From: an uncultured Bacillota bacterium
GTDB taxonomy: Bacteria > Bacillota_I > Bacilli_A > RFN20 > CAG-288
NCBI GenBank assembly: GCA_949282275.1
Contig: CASDOO010000019.1
Span: 44,739 to 108,738 of the forward strand
Length of the DNA: 64,000 nt
Direction: 5' to 3'
In this document: piece by piece, positions 1 to 11,200 of the stretch
Numbering within the stretch: the stretch's first letter is position 1
Layout of the letters: every line of letters starts with the position of its first letter
The notes under the pieces: generated by a model
The model's database searches: none
Seen by the model: the letters and a program-made list of their open reading frames with translations, nothing else
Told to the model about the DNA's origin: nothing
Position numbers and translations under genes: made by a program

Positions 1-671
1 AGCTCCTTGGAAAGAAGGAGGGCATTCCTGGGCGAGAGGGAAGGGTTCTCCGATAGGACGTAGTCGACCATCGAGTATTCGTAGTACTTCACCGGGATCA
101 TGACGATGGTCATGGCCCAGAGGGCGGTCATGAAGAACTGGTAGAGCTTGACCAGGACGATGTTCCGATAGTATCCGGAAAAGGCCGAGAAGAGATAGTT
201 CCTTCCTTCGTCCTCCCCTTTTCCCCTTTCCAGGAAGTAGCGCTTCGTGCCGACATGGAGCGGATTGAGAAGGAAGAGGATCGCCACGGCATAGAGGACG
301 AGGAAGAAGAGGACATAGAAGATCTGCGTCGAGTTCTCGAATCCCGTCTTATAGATGTTTGAGGCTATGGCCAGAGGGAAGGTGAAGAAGGCCAGGAAGG
401 TATTCGCCGCAAAGCCCAGAAGGACAAGGAGGAAGAAATCCAAAGGCGTGTCGGAAACAAGGAAGTCCGGGACATAGAAACGGACGATGTCCAGAAGGAA
501 GGACGAGACGGAATCGCTCGTGCTGTTGCTGACATAGTCCATCAGCGTGCTGTTGAAGGTACCGGCCGTGGTAAAGAGGACAAGCAGCGCAAAGACGACC
601 GTGCGGAAATAGTGCTTCCGAAGAAGCTTCCGACTATCCCGACGTATCGACCTGCGCATCGTTCTTTCCAT
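1..671 (-). CDS. DUF975-family integral membrane protein (3' end runs off the window)
   Basis: Minus-strand frame is open from ATG at 671 to the window edge. Translation MERTMRRSIRRDSRKLLRKHYFRTVVFALLVLF...LNPLHVGTKRYFLERGKGE...IPVKYYEYSMVDYVLSENPSLS fits my recollection of the DUF975 layout. It is absent from the ORF track because it is truncated. Confidence 0.65.
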   Translation of the reverse strand, partial: MERTMRRSIRRDSRKLLRKHYFRTVVFALLVLFTTAGTFNSTLMDYVSNSTSDSVSSFLLDIVRFYVPDFLVSDTPLDFFLLVLLGFAANTFLAFFTFPLAIASNIYKTGFENSTQIFYVLFFLVLYAVAILFLLNPLHVGTKRYFLERGKGEDEGRNYLFSAFSGYYRNIVLVKLYQFFMTALWAMTIVMIPVKYYEYSMVDYVLSENPSLSPRNALLLSKE

Positions 672-709
672 TTCTTTTCGTCCAGTATAGCAGACTTTCC
701 CGAAAGTCC

Positions 710-1129
710 TTATTTCTTCTTCCGCTTTTCAAGCCAGAAGAACAGGAAGAGAAAGAGGACAAGGTCAGCAAGAACGAGGACGAGGAAGGCAAGGGACTGA
801 TACTGAAAAGGAAGGAGATATCCAAGAAGAAGGCCAAGGACAAGCGAGGTGACGTTGGCAAGGAAGGAAATCAGGAAGGAGGGCCATCCTTCCCTCGTCA
901 ACAGGAAAAGGACGAATCCCTCCAAGAGGAAGACAAGGATCTCGGCGATGGAAAGGAAGACGACGGAATAGGAAAAGACGAAGACATAGAGAAGATTCAT
1001 CGTCAGGTTCGTGACGACATTGAGAAGGACGAAAAGGAGGAACCGAAAAGGATCCTTTCCCCTTAGGAGAAGAAAGAATGGCATCTCGACGACAAGGGTC
1101 AAGGCCAAGGCCAGAAAGAGAGAAAGCAT
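710..1129 (-). CDS. hypothetical polytopic membrane protein (139 aa from internal start)
   Basis: Track ORF 710..1243. I prefer the ATG at 1129 (MLSLFLALALTLVV...) because AAGGAGG lies 4-5 nt upstream. Very hydrophobic with a basic C-terminal tail (EKRKKK). Confidence 0.5.
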   Translation of the reverse strand: MLSLFLALALTLVVEMPFFLLLRGKDPFRFLLFVLLNVVTNLTMNLLYVFVFSYSVVFLSIAEILVFLLEGFVLFLLTREGWPSFLISFLANVTSLVLGLLLGYLLPFQYQSLAFLVLVLADLVLFLFLFFWLEKRKKK

Positions 1130-1212
1130 CCCGCCTCCTTTTCCTTTTAGGATAAGGGATGGATTGCCAAAGGGAAAGTCCTTTCCTATAATCAAGGAAA
1201 AGGAGTCCGACC

Positions 1213-1971
1213 ATGAAAAAGATCCTTCATAGACTTTCCCCAATCCTCCTTCTTCCCCTTCTCCTTTCCAATTCCCCGGCGCCAGGTCCCTGGCCAGACA
1301 CCGTCGAGAATACCTTGACCCTCTCCGAGGATGGCAAATACCATCTCAGGAACGAATCGGAAGACAAGGCGATATTCCGAGTCGGCTATGCCTACGAGAG
1401 CCATTTGACCGAATTCCTGGAGGACTACAGTGATATCTTCGGAAGCCAGATACGGACCGGATACTTCATCCTTCCCGGCGAGGAGGCAGTCCTTCCCCTG
1501 GCCTTCGAGGAAGGAAACATCCCCGTCGAGGAAATCCACCTGTCGACTTCCGGCTTCCTCATGACGGATCTTGTGCTTTCCGAGCAGGAGATGACCGTCG
1601 ACATCTTCACGGAAGAGGGAAGGAACATGCTCTCCGTCAAAGGAAGCTTCCATAATCCCTCCGACGAGAAGGTCACCTACAAGGTCGGCGTCTATGCCCC
1701 GACAGAGCAAGGAAACTACTACTGCCTTGACGACCAGGCCATCGGCCAGAAGCGCAGTGCCAGAGTCGCGTTCGAGACGGAAATCCCCGAAGGCCTCTCG
1801 AAGGAAGACTTCAAGGCCATCCTCATCTATGACAATGATTACTACAGCCGGAACTATGGAAAGCCAAGCCTCTTCGACATCATCGGCTACTCAGTCCTTG
1901 GCATCCTTCTCTTCCTCATCCTCCTAGTCCTTGGCATCTACCTCTGGCGAAGGAGAAGACGCCTTGGCTAA
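1213..1971 (+). CDS. hypothetical exported protein with C-terminal membrane anchor
   Basis: GGAG lies upstream of the ATG. N-terminal signal-like segment LSPILLLPLLLS; C-terminal TM LGILLFLILLVLGIYLW followed by RRRRRLG. No recognisable catalytic motif. Confidence 0.65.
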   Translation: MKKILHRLSPILLLPLLLSNSPAPGPWPDTVENTLTLSEDGKYHLRNESEDKAIFRVGYAYESHLTEFLEDYSDIFGSQIRTGYFILPGEEAVLPLAFEEGNIPVEEIHLSTSGFLMTDLVLSEQEMTVDIFTEEGRNMLSVKGSFHNPSDEKVTYKVGVYAPTEQGNYYCLDDQAIGQKRSARVAFETEIPEGLSKEDFKAILIYDNDYYSRNYGKPSLFDIIGYSVLGILLFLILLVLGIYLWRRRRRLG

Positions 1972-1982
1972 GTTGCAACCCA

Positions 1983-2002
1983 GGCCCCGAAAGGGGCTTT
2001 TT
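1983..2002 (+). terminator. rho-independent terminator after 1213..1971
   Basis: GGCCCC-GAAA-GGGGC hairpin followed by TTTTT. A second imperfect hairpin for the convergent transporter gene follows at about 2017-2045. Confidence 0.6.
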
Positions 2003-2057
2003 CCTTGCAACGAAAAAGGCCAGGCCCATAAGGACCCGGCCTATCTTTCCGATGATT

Positions 2058-4085
2058 CTAGAGGGCGAGATACTTCTGGCGGATGTCGGCGTTTTCGTCG
2101 CGGAGAGCCTGGAATTCGGAAGCAAGCTTCGCCTCGTAGGCTTCCTTCTTCGCCTTCTTGTCGGCAAGACCCTGCTCGTACTTGGCCTTTTCCTCGGCCG
2201 TCATGGCAGCGATCCTGTTGGCAAGCTCCTCTTCCTTGGCCTTCTTCATGGCCGCCTTCTTCTCGTCGCTGGCCTTCTTCTTCTCGGCAGCGACTCTTTC
2301 CTTCTCGGCCTTGTCGGCCTCAAGCTTCTGGAGCTCTTCCTCGTAGTTGAGGTTCTTCTTCTCGCAGCGGGCCTTCAGTTCCTGCTTCTGGGCTTCCCAG
2401 GAGTCGCGGATGGCCTGCTCTTCCTCAAGCTGGAGACGGACCTTGGCCGGGACATATTCCTCGCCCTTGGAAAGGGCAACGGCCTTCTGGTCTTCCTCGA
2501 TGGCCTTGTGGTCCAAGTCGGAGAACTTCTCGACGCCCATGAAGACCATGAGGATGAGGATGCCAAGGTAGCAGATCGTCTCGCCGCCGATGAAGACCCA
2601 CTTGAGACCTTCTCGGAGAGGATCGTTGCCGGCAAGATCGGCCGGATTATAGTTGGTTGCGGTCAGGACAGCATTGAGGATACCCGTGGCAATGCCGGTC
2701 ATGCCGGCCATGATGGCACCGTAGATCGTCATCGTCAGACCATCGGTACGGACGCCCTTGACCGCTTCCTGGTGATCGAGGACATCGGCAAGGAGAGCCA
2801 GGGAGATGTACATGGCCGGGGTGGAACCCAAGGCCTTGATGACGAAGGAAGCCGTGACACAAACGAAGTTATCCGGGGCGATGAAGCCGATGCAACCGCC
2901 GATGGTGGCAAGGATGGCACCGAAGAGAATGGAACGGCCCTTGCCGATCTTGTTGGCAAGAGGCCAGACGATGACCATGCCAAGAGCGGTCGGGATGGCA
3001 CCGATGATGGAGAGTGTGCCCTGGAAACGTCCGCCAATGACGGAAGAATAGACACCGCCATCGCTAAACCAGGACTGGCAGTAGTAGGTCTGGGAGACGT
3101 TCTTGAGCATGCCGCCCAGTTGATAGAGGAAGAAGAAGCCCATCATGATCCACCAGAACCTGTCGGAGGCGCAGATCTTGAACTGCTCCTTGACGGGAAC
3201 GGCCTTCTTCTTGCTTTCGAGCTGGGCCTCGCCCTCGGCCTTCAAAGAGAAGGATTCCTCGGTGATTCTCTCGCGGGTGAAGTAGTATTCGACAAGGGCT
3301 CCGATGATGGTAATGACGATGAGGGCGATGATGAAGACGCGCCAAGCATTGAAGGAAGGCTCGGCATTGACGACGGCAGTGTAGTTGTCGTATTGGTCAA
3401 GCTTGTCGGCGGGAATTTCCACACCATTGGCATCAAAGTATGTCTCGTTGAAGAGGAAGCCGATGAAGAAGGGAAGGACCATGGACGTAAGGCCCATGGC
3501 GGCAAGGGCCGTGGCGTTGGAGATGGTGGCAAGGAGGGACCTGTCCTTGGAGTTACGGGTGGAGAGGTTGATCAGGGCCGAATGGTTGGTGAAGTAGAAG
3601 GGATAGGCAACGGCAAACCAGAGGTTGTAACCGATGGCAAATAGGACGAAGGTTCCCATTGTCGGGGCACCTTCCATCAGGTTCGCATAATCTGGATTCT
3701 CTTTGAATCCAATCGGCGTAAAGATAAACAGGAAGAGAAGGGCAAGGATTGAAAGGGGAATGGAGAGGAGGATAAGAGGCCTGGCCTTGCCGGCCCTCGT
3801 CCTGCTGTGGTCCATGAGACGTCCGACGAGGATGTTTCCAAGGACGACGAAGATGACGGAGATGACAGGAAGAAGGGTCAGATAGAGACCTGTAATTCCG
3901 AGGACATCCGTCATGTAGCGGTTAAGATAGGACGAAAGGATAGAATTCGAGAGAAGGGCGAGGGTGGGCCCGATGAAGTAGCCGAGGCCACCTTCGGGGA
4001 AGATCTTCACGTTTGCGGATTTGACTTTGGTAGACAACAGCGGATTGTCGAAGACGCTTTTCTTCTGCTTTGCTGCTTCAGCCAT
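2058..4085 (-). CDS. GPH/MelB-type glycoside-pentoside-hexuronide:cation symporter with long charged C-terminal tail
   Basis: 675-aa ORF with GGAGGAAA upstream of the ATG. The N-terminal ~510 aa are polytopic and resemble MelB/YicJ-type carriers (FPEGGLGYFIGPTLALLSNSILSSYLNRYMTDVLG...). The last ~165 aa are K/E/A-rich. Confidence 0.85.
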   Translation of the reverse strand: MAEAAKQKKSVFDNPLLSTKVKSANVKIFPEGGLGYFIGPTLALLSNSILSSYLNRYMTDVLGITGLYLTLLPVISVIFVVLGNILVGRLMDHSRTRAGKARPLILLSIPLSILALLFLFIFTPIGFKENPDYANLMEGAPTMGTFVLFAIGYNLWFAVAYPFYFTNHSALINLSTRNSKDRSLLATISNATALAAMGLTSMVLPFFIGFLFNETYFDANGVEIPADKLDQYDNYTAVVNAEPSFNAWRVFIIALIVITIIGALVEYYFTRERITEESFSLKAEGEAQLESKKKAVPVKEQFKICASDRFWWIMMGFFFLYQLGGMLKNVSQTYYCQSWFSDGGVYSSVIGGRFQGTLSIIGAIPTALGMVIVWPLANKIGKGRSILFGAILATIGGCIGFIAPDNFVCVTASFVIKALGSTPAMYISLALLADVLDHQEAVKGVRTDGLTMTIYGAIMAGMTGIATGILNAVLTATNYNPADLAGNDPLREGLKWVFIGGETICYLGILILMVFMGVEKFSDLDHKAIEEDQKAVALSKGEEYVPAKVRLQLEEEQAIRDSWEAQKQELKARCEKKNLNYEEELQKLEADKAEKERVAAEKKKASDEKKAAMKKAKEEELANRIAAMTAEEKAKYEQGLADKKAKKEAYEAKLASEFQALRDENADIRQKYLAL

Positions 4086-4113
4086 GCCATTTCCTCCTTT
4101 CCTTGTGGTTTAC

Positions 4114-4126
4114 ATCGCTTTCCATA
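4114..4126. promoter_or_regulatory. copy 1 of exact 13-bp repeat ATCGCTTTCCATA (cre/LacI-like core) in the transporter 5' region
   Basis: Seen directly. It lies 29-41 nt upstream of the transporter ATG (4085). The surrounding TTACATCGCTTTCC matches 11/14 of the cre consensus TGWAANCGNTNWCA. Confidence 0.4.
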
Positions 4127-4282
4127 AAGCGGTTACAATGTATTTTAAAACGACTGCCTTCGATATGCCATCATTTTTCCTAGATTGCAAAAAAAACTTC
4201 AGAACTGGTCGATATTGCCGTTTCGACACACCGACCAAACGGAAAAAAAGACAAAAAGACAAAGGGAAAAATCCTTCTTGCA

Positions 4283-4295
4283 ATCGCTTTCCATA
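4283..4295. promoter_or_regulatory. copy 2 of exact 13-bp repeat ATCGCTTTCCATA upstream of the DeoR gene
   Basis: Seen directly. The surrounding TGCAATCGCTTTCC matches 12/14 of the cre consensus. It lies 34-46 nt upstream of the DeoR ATG (4329). Confidence 0.4.
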
Positions 4296-4328
4296 GAAGG
4301 GATAATATCGAAAAAAACGGAGGCCGAA

Positions 4329-5090
4329 ATGGACAGCAGGAACATGTTTTCGTCGGAGCGCTTCAAGCTCATCGCCGACTATCTCAAGGAAAACAACAGG
4401 GCGACGGTCGAAGAGCTGAGCAAGGTCCTCTACGTCTCCCTTGCCACGGTCCGAAGGGACCTTGCGGAGATGAGTAAGCTTGGCCTCATCCAGAGAACCC
4501 ATGGCGGCGCGGTCTTCCTGGATTCCTCGAACGAGGTCAACATCTTCGTCCGTATCGAAAAGAATGCCACAGACAAGGAAAAGACGGTTTCCCTTGCCCT
4601 TCCCAAGCTTCCGGAGTTCAATTCCGTCTTCATCGACAATTCCTCGACCTGTCTTGCCCTTGCCGAGCGGATGGACTTCTCCTACAAGACGATCATCACA
4701 AACGGTCTCCAGATCGCCGTCAAGCTTTCCAACAAGAACGGCGTCAACGTGATTTTCCTTGGCGGAAACATCCAGTACAATTCCTATTCCACCGACGGCT
4801 CCCTGACGACGGAGATGATGGGCAAGTTCCATGTCGACCTGATGCTCTCCTCTGCCGCCGGGATAAGGCTTGACGGATCCTACGAGACGACGGTCGAATG
4901 CATGCAGGTCAAGAGGGAGGCCTTCAAGAGGGCGGACAAGCGCTATCTCCTTGTCGACAAGAACAAGTTCCAGAATTCCTTCGTCTATCGCGTCGAGGGA
5001 CTTGAGAGCTACGACGGCATCTTCACCAATGCCAGCGACGAGTTCATCGCCCCCTATCTGGAAAAGGGTTACAGGATCCACAATAGGTAA
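4329..5090 (+). CDS. DeoR-family transcriptional regulator (candidate rhamnose-locus repressor)
   Basis: Track ORF 4185..5090. I prefer the ATG at 4329, preceded by GGAGG. N-terminal HTH (ATVEELSKVLYVSLATVRRDLAEMSKLGLIQRTHGGA) and a DeoR C-terminal sugar-phosphate-sensor-like region. Confidence 0.85.
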   Translation: MDSRNMFSSERFKLIADYLKENNRATVEELSKVLYVSLATVRRDLAEMSKLGLIQRTHGGAVFLDSSNEVNIFVRIEKNATDKEKTVSLALPKLPEFNSVFIDNSSTCLALAERMDFSYKTIITNGLQIAVKLSNKNGVNVIFLGGNIQYNSYSTDGSLTTEMMGKFHVDLMLSSAAGIRLDGSYETTVECMQVKREAFKRADKRYLLVDKNKFQNSFVYRVEGLESYDGIFTNASDEFIAPYLEKGYRIHNR

Positions 5091-5106
5091 CAAGACAAGG
5101 GACAAC

Positions 5107-5141
5107 AAAAGGGGAAGGCCGTTTGACCTTCCCCAATTTTT
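5107..5141. terminator. bidirectional terminator between the DeoR gene and the rhamnosidase gene
   Basis: AAAA-GGGGAAGG-ccgtttga-CCTTCCCC-AATTTTT, with a U-tract available on both strands. Confidence 0.7.
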
Positions 5142-5142
5142 A

Positions 5143-7695
<2,553 letters not shown>

Positions 7696-7710
7696 ATCTT
7701 TCTCCTTTTT

Positions 7711-7741
7711 ATAAAACGGCTGGCAAGAAAGCCTGCCAGCC
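7711..7741 (-). terminator. terminator after the 4-TM gene 7763..8281
   Basis: GGCTGGCA/TGCCAGCC 8-bp stem (7718-7741) followed on the minus strand by GTTTTAT. Confidence 0.55.
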
Positions 7742-7762
7742 GTAGGACTAACCGTCTAGAGT

Positions 7763-8281
7763 TTAGGCCTCCTGAGCCGTTTCTTCGACAGGCTTGCCAT
7801 CCTCCTTGCGGACGAGACTAAAGAAGCTGGCAACGATTCCGACAAGGGTCGAAAGGAGGAAGAAGACAATTCCAGTAATGGCGACGGCAACACTGGCCAT
7901 GTTTTCCGGAGAGCTGTTTTCCTCCATGATATCGGCATTGGAGAAGAGAAGGACGCTGATACCATAGGCACGGCTGTCAATGAAGGCCATGAGGCAAACC
8001 ATGAAGAGAACCGGGACAAGAATCATCAGAACGCTGCGAAGAGCACTGACTCCCTTGTCGACATTGCCCTTGAAGGTGAACAGACCAGAAGCGATAGCCG
8101 CAATGCCAAAGATAAGACCAAAGATACCGGCAAGGACGATGGAAGAAACGCTCATTCCATGGAAGTAACCGGTGGCAGAGACGTTAACGCCATAGAGGAT
8201 CAGTCCAATCAGGCCAAGAAGGACGGAGAGGGCAAGAAGAATCGTTCCAGGCGTGAGGATCTTCTTGAAATCGATTTTCAT
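7763..8281 (-). CDS. small 4-TM membrane protein, partner of GH3 paralogue 1
   Basis: 172 aa with four hydrophobic segments. Its ATG directly abuts the TAA of the upstream GH3 gene. Paralogous in layout to 19572..20003. Confidence 0.7.
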   Translation of the reverse strand: MKIDFKKILTPGTILLALSVLLGLIGLILYGVNVSATGYFHGMSVSSIVLAGIFGLIFGIAAIASGLFTFKGNVDKGVSALRSVLMILVPVLFMVCLMAFIDSRAYGISVLLFSNADIMEENSSPENMASVAVAITGIVFFLLSTLVGIVASFFSLVRKEDGKPVEETAQEA

Positions 8282-11200
8282 TTAGTTCTGCTCCTTTTTG
8301 TCCAACACGTAGCAGAGAGCAAGACCGGCAGTGGAAGCGGCAGCAAGGGTGAAGGAAACGGCAACGATAGCAATCAATGCCGATTCCCAAGCCGGCGTGA
8401 TACGACGGGTGCTGATGTTCTTGATGGCCGTCTGGGCAAAGGCATAAAGCTGATACTTCATGCAATCCCTGGCAGCCTCGGCGAGAGTATTGTCCTTGGA
8501 GAGGACCTCGGGGGAGAGATAACTCCACGTCTTGTCAACACCGCCCTGTCCCTGATTGAGATGGGCATCATTAGCACTGAAGTCGGCCATCATGGTGACG
8601 GTGGCCAAGGCGCAGCCTTCGGGGTTGAAGTACCACTTGTTGTTCATCATGTCGGTCGTAGAAAGGCCCTTGAAGTCCCATTCGCCACGGATAATGTTCT
8701 TGTTGAACTCGACATAGTGAGAAACGTTGGTCGGTCCCATACGGTTGAAGGCGATCATGTAGCCGAGAGCGCCACCTTCTTCAAAGGAGCCTTGGAATGC
8801 TCTCAGTTCGGTTTCCCTGGCCTTCTGTTCAGTCATATAGGCGGAGACACCGGATCTGTTGTATTCTTGATCGTTGAATCCAATGTGCTTAGGGCCGACA
8901 AGGAGTCCCTTCTCGCGAGTCGCCTTAAGGAATTCGGCGCCCCAGATGTTGGTCAACATCTCGTCTTCGGACATGTATTCGACGTTACGGCCGTTATAAG
9001 GATTCCTGTGGACATTCAAGGCCGCTGCCCAGACGTTATAGACCCCGGCCCAAAGTCCGAAGTTACCAAGGGCACGGCCCCAGCGATAGGCAAGCTGTGG
9101 ATTGAAGGAGGAACCAGCAAGGGTCGGAGAATGGATATTGTCCTTGAAGCTATAAGCTTCCGATTCAGGATCGACATAGTAGGTTTCCTCGGGATCCTCG
9201 ATCTTCTGGTTGCCAATGGTGACACCGTTGAATCCGGCAGGACCATCGTACTGCTTGACAACAGGGTTTCCGATGTTGGAAAGCTGATCGGCCTGGTTTC
9301 CGCCGTGGGCGATGGCACCGAGGGCTTCTTCGGCAGGAATCTGATTGACGTAGTCTTCCCAGAAGGGATTGTTGATGTCGTTGACAGCATCGCCGGGCAT
9401 GGTTTCCCATGTGAGTCCCTTGTCGATACCATCCATGTTGGAGACGGGCTCGTCATCCTTAACCTCATATTGCTGATTGCGAAGGTTCTTCAGCCATTCA
9501 TCCTTCTTGGGGGAATCGGCAATGGCAAAACCCTTTCCGTCATTGATGGTGTTGAAGTTCTTCGGATAGGTACCATCCCAATCTTGACGGGAGAGATAGT
9601 CGATTTGATCTTCTTCGGAGAGCCAGTAGTTGATGTCCGTCGTCTGGAGCTGGTTCTTGATCTCCGTGCCGTTCTTGGCCTTGCCGAAGGTCGTGTAGTC
9701 GACAGAGCCTTCACGGATGCCGTTCCAGGCAAAGGTGGAACCTTCCGTTCCCTCGACATCATAGCCCTGATGGGCAAGGACGTTGTTGACGGCCTCATGG
9801 GCGCCGTTTCCAAGGGCGAAGACATACTCGCCACCATCGAGGATATAGGTGCCATATCCATTTGTATCATAAGAAGCCAGATACTTTGTCGGGAGAGAAA
9901 TCTTCACATCTTGGTACTGACCAGGTTCGATCGGTTTGGTCTTGGCAGAATTGAGGAACTGGATGGCGCTCTTTTCGACGCCGTTCTCACGGTCATAGTC
10001 CGTATAAGGGACGTTGACGAAGAGTTCGGTGCGGAAGCAACCCTTCTTGTCCGATTTGTTGGTGACACGGATAGTTGCCTCGATCTTACCCTCAACGCTC
10101 AGGTCGACCTTGACATCAAGAAGTTCTTCCGTGTAGTCCAAATAGCTCTGGCCATAACCGAAGGTATAGCAAACCTCCTGGTCATAATTCCAGTTGCCAT
10201 CGGAAGCATAGACACCGGCGGTGGAAGTCGCTCCGGAATTCGTGTTGGCAATGGAATCGTAATAGCGGGTCTCGTAGTAGTTGTAGCCCGTATAGATGCC
10301 CTCGGCCTCGACGTAATACATACCGCCGTTATAGGTCGCCGATCCACCAAAAGATCCAGCTCCCTCATTGCCAATCTCGACGCCAGGCCATCTCGTGTCC
10401 TCGAAGTCGCAGACGCTGAGGTAATCGGAATACATATCGCCGCCGAAGTTCATCATGGAAGGCGAGCTGGTGGAATCGGTGGCATAGGTGTCGGCAAGGG
10501 CACCCGTGGCATTTTCTTCGCCGGCGAGCACCTTGACGATACCCGTATATTGATAGTCGTTGGGAAGACCGATGTAGGCAATACCATCGACTTCATGTGC
10601 ACCACCCTTAACAATCGGGCCAAGTTCGAATTGGCAAGATGTGCTCAAAAGGACGATGACCGGCTTTCCGGTGGCCTTTGCAGCATCGATGACGGCCAAT
10701 TCATCCGGCGAGAAAGCGAAGGGATTCTGGTCAAGCGGATTGCCTTCGGAATCCGTCGTCGCTCCAGCCTTGAAGGTCGTTCCTTCGCCGCCCGGACGAT
10801 TGAATGTGACGATGTTGACATCACCCGTCAGAGAGGAAGCCCAACTAGAACTAGCGGTACCGAATCCTTCTTGCGTAAACTTGGAAGGATTGACTTCGCG
10901 AATCTGGAAGGTGTCATATGCCGGAGCGCTGGTGTTGGGATAGGCAGGCTTGAAGCTCGGTCCGCCCCATCCGGAGGACTCAATAAGCTGTTCCTCATTA
11001 ATTTCCGTATAAATTCCCTTCAGCGTCGGATCGAGGGTGAAGCCACCGTCCTCCAGGGCGCCGACAAGATCGACGGCATCCTTATTTCCGGCCTGGGACA
11101 TGCCACGATAGGAATTATAGGAAGCATTGCCCCAGAGGTTGATTTTGGCCTTAGAGGCAAGAGGAAGGGCGTTGTTGTCGTTCTTAAGAATCGCCGTGCC

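Noticed and set aside
4086-4131. 15-codon upstream ORF (MESDVNHKERRKWHG) overlapping the RBS and start of the sugar symporter
   Set aside because: There is no Shine-Dalgarno upstream of its ATG, and its sequence is generated by the cre-like repeat. There is no evidence for a leader peptide.
4185-4328. N-terminal extensions of several track ORFs. Examples: DeoR from 4185, GH3-1 from 11506, SGNH from 24035, aminopeptidase from 42735, trmL from 44477, tkt from 45296, exported protein from 46791, rarA from 51942, GNAT from 57631, ABC from 62104.
   Set aside because: The extensions are Arg/Pro/Ser-rich or overlap the preceding gene. Internal ATG/GTG codons with GGAGG-type RBSs coincide with the conserved family N-termini.
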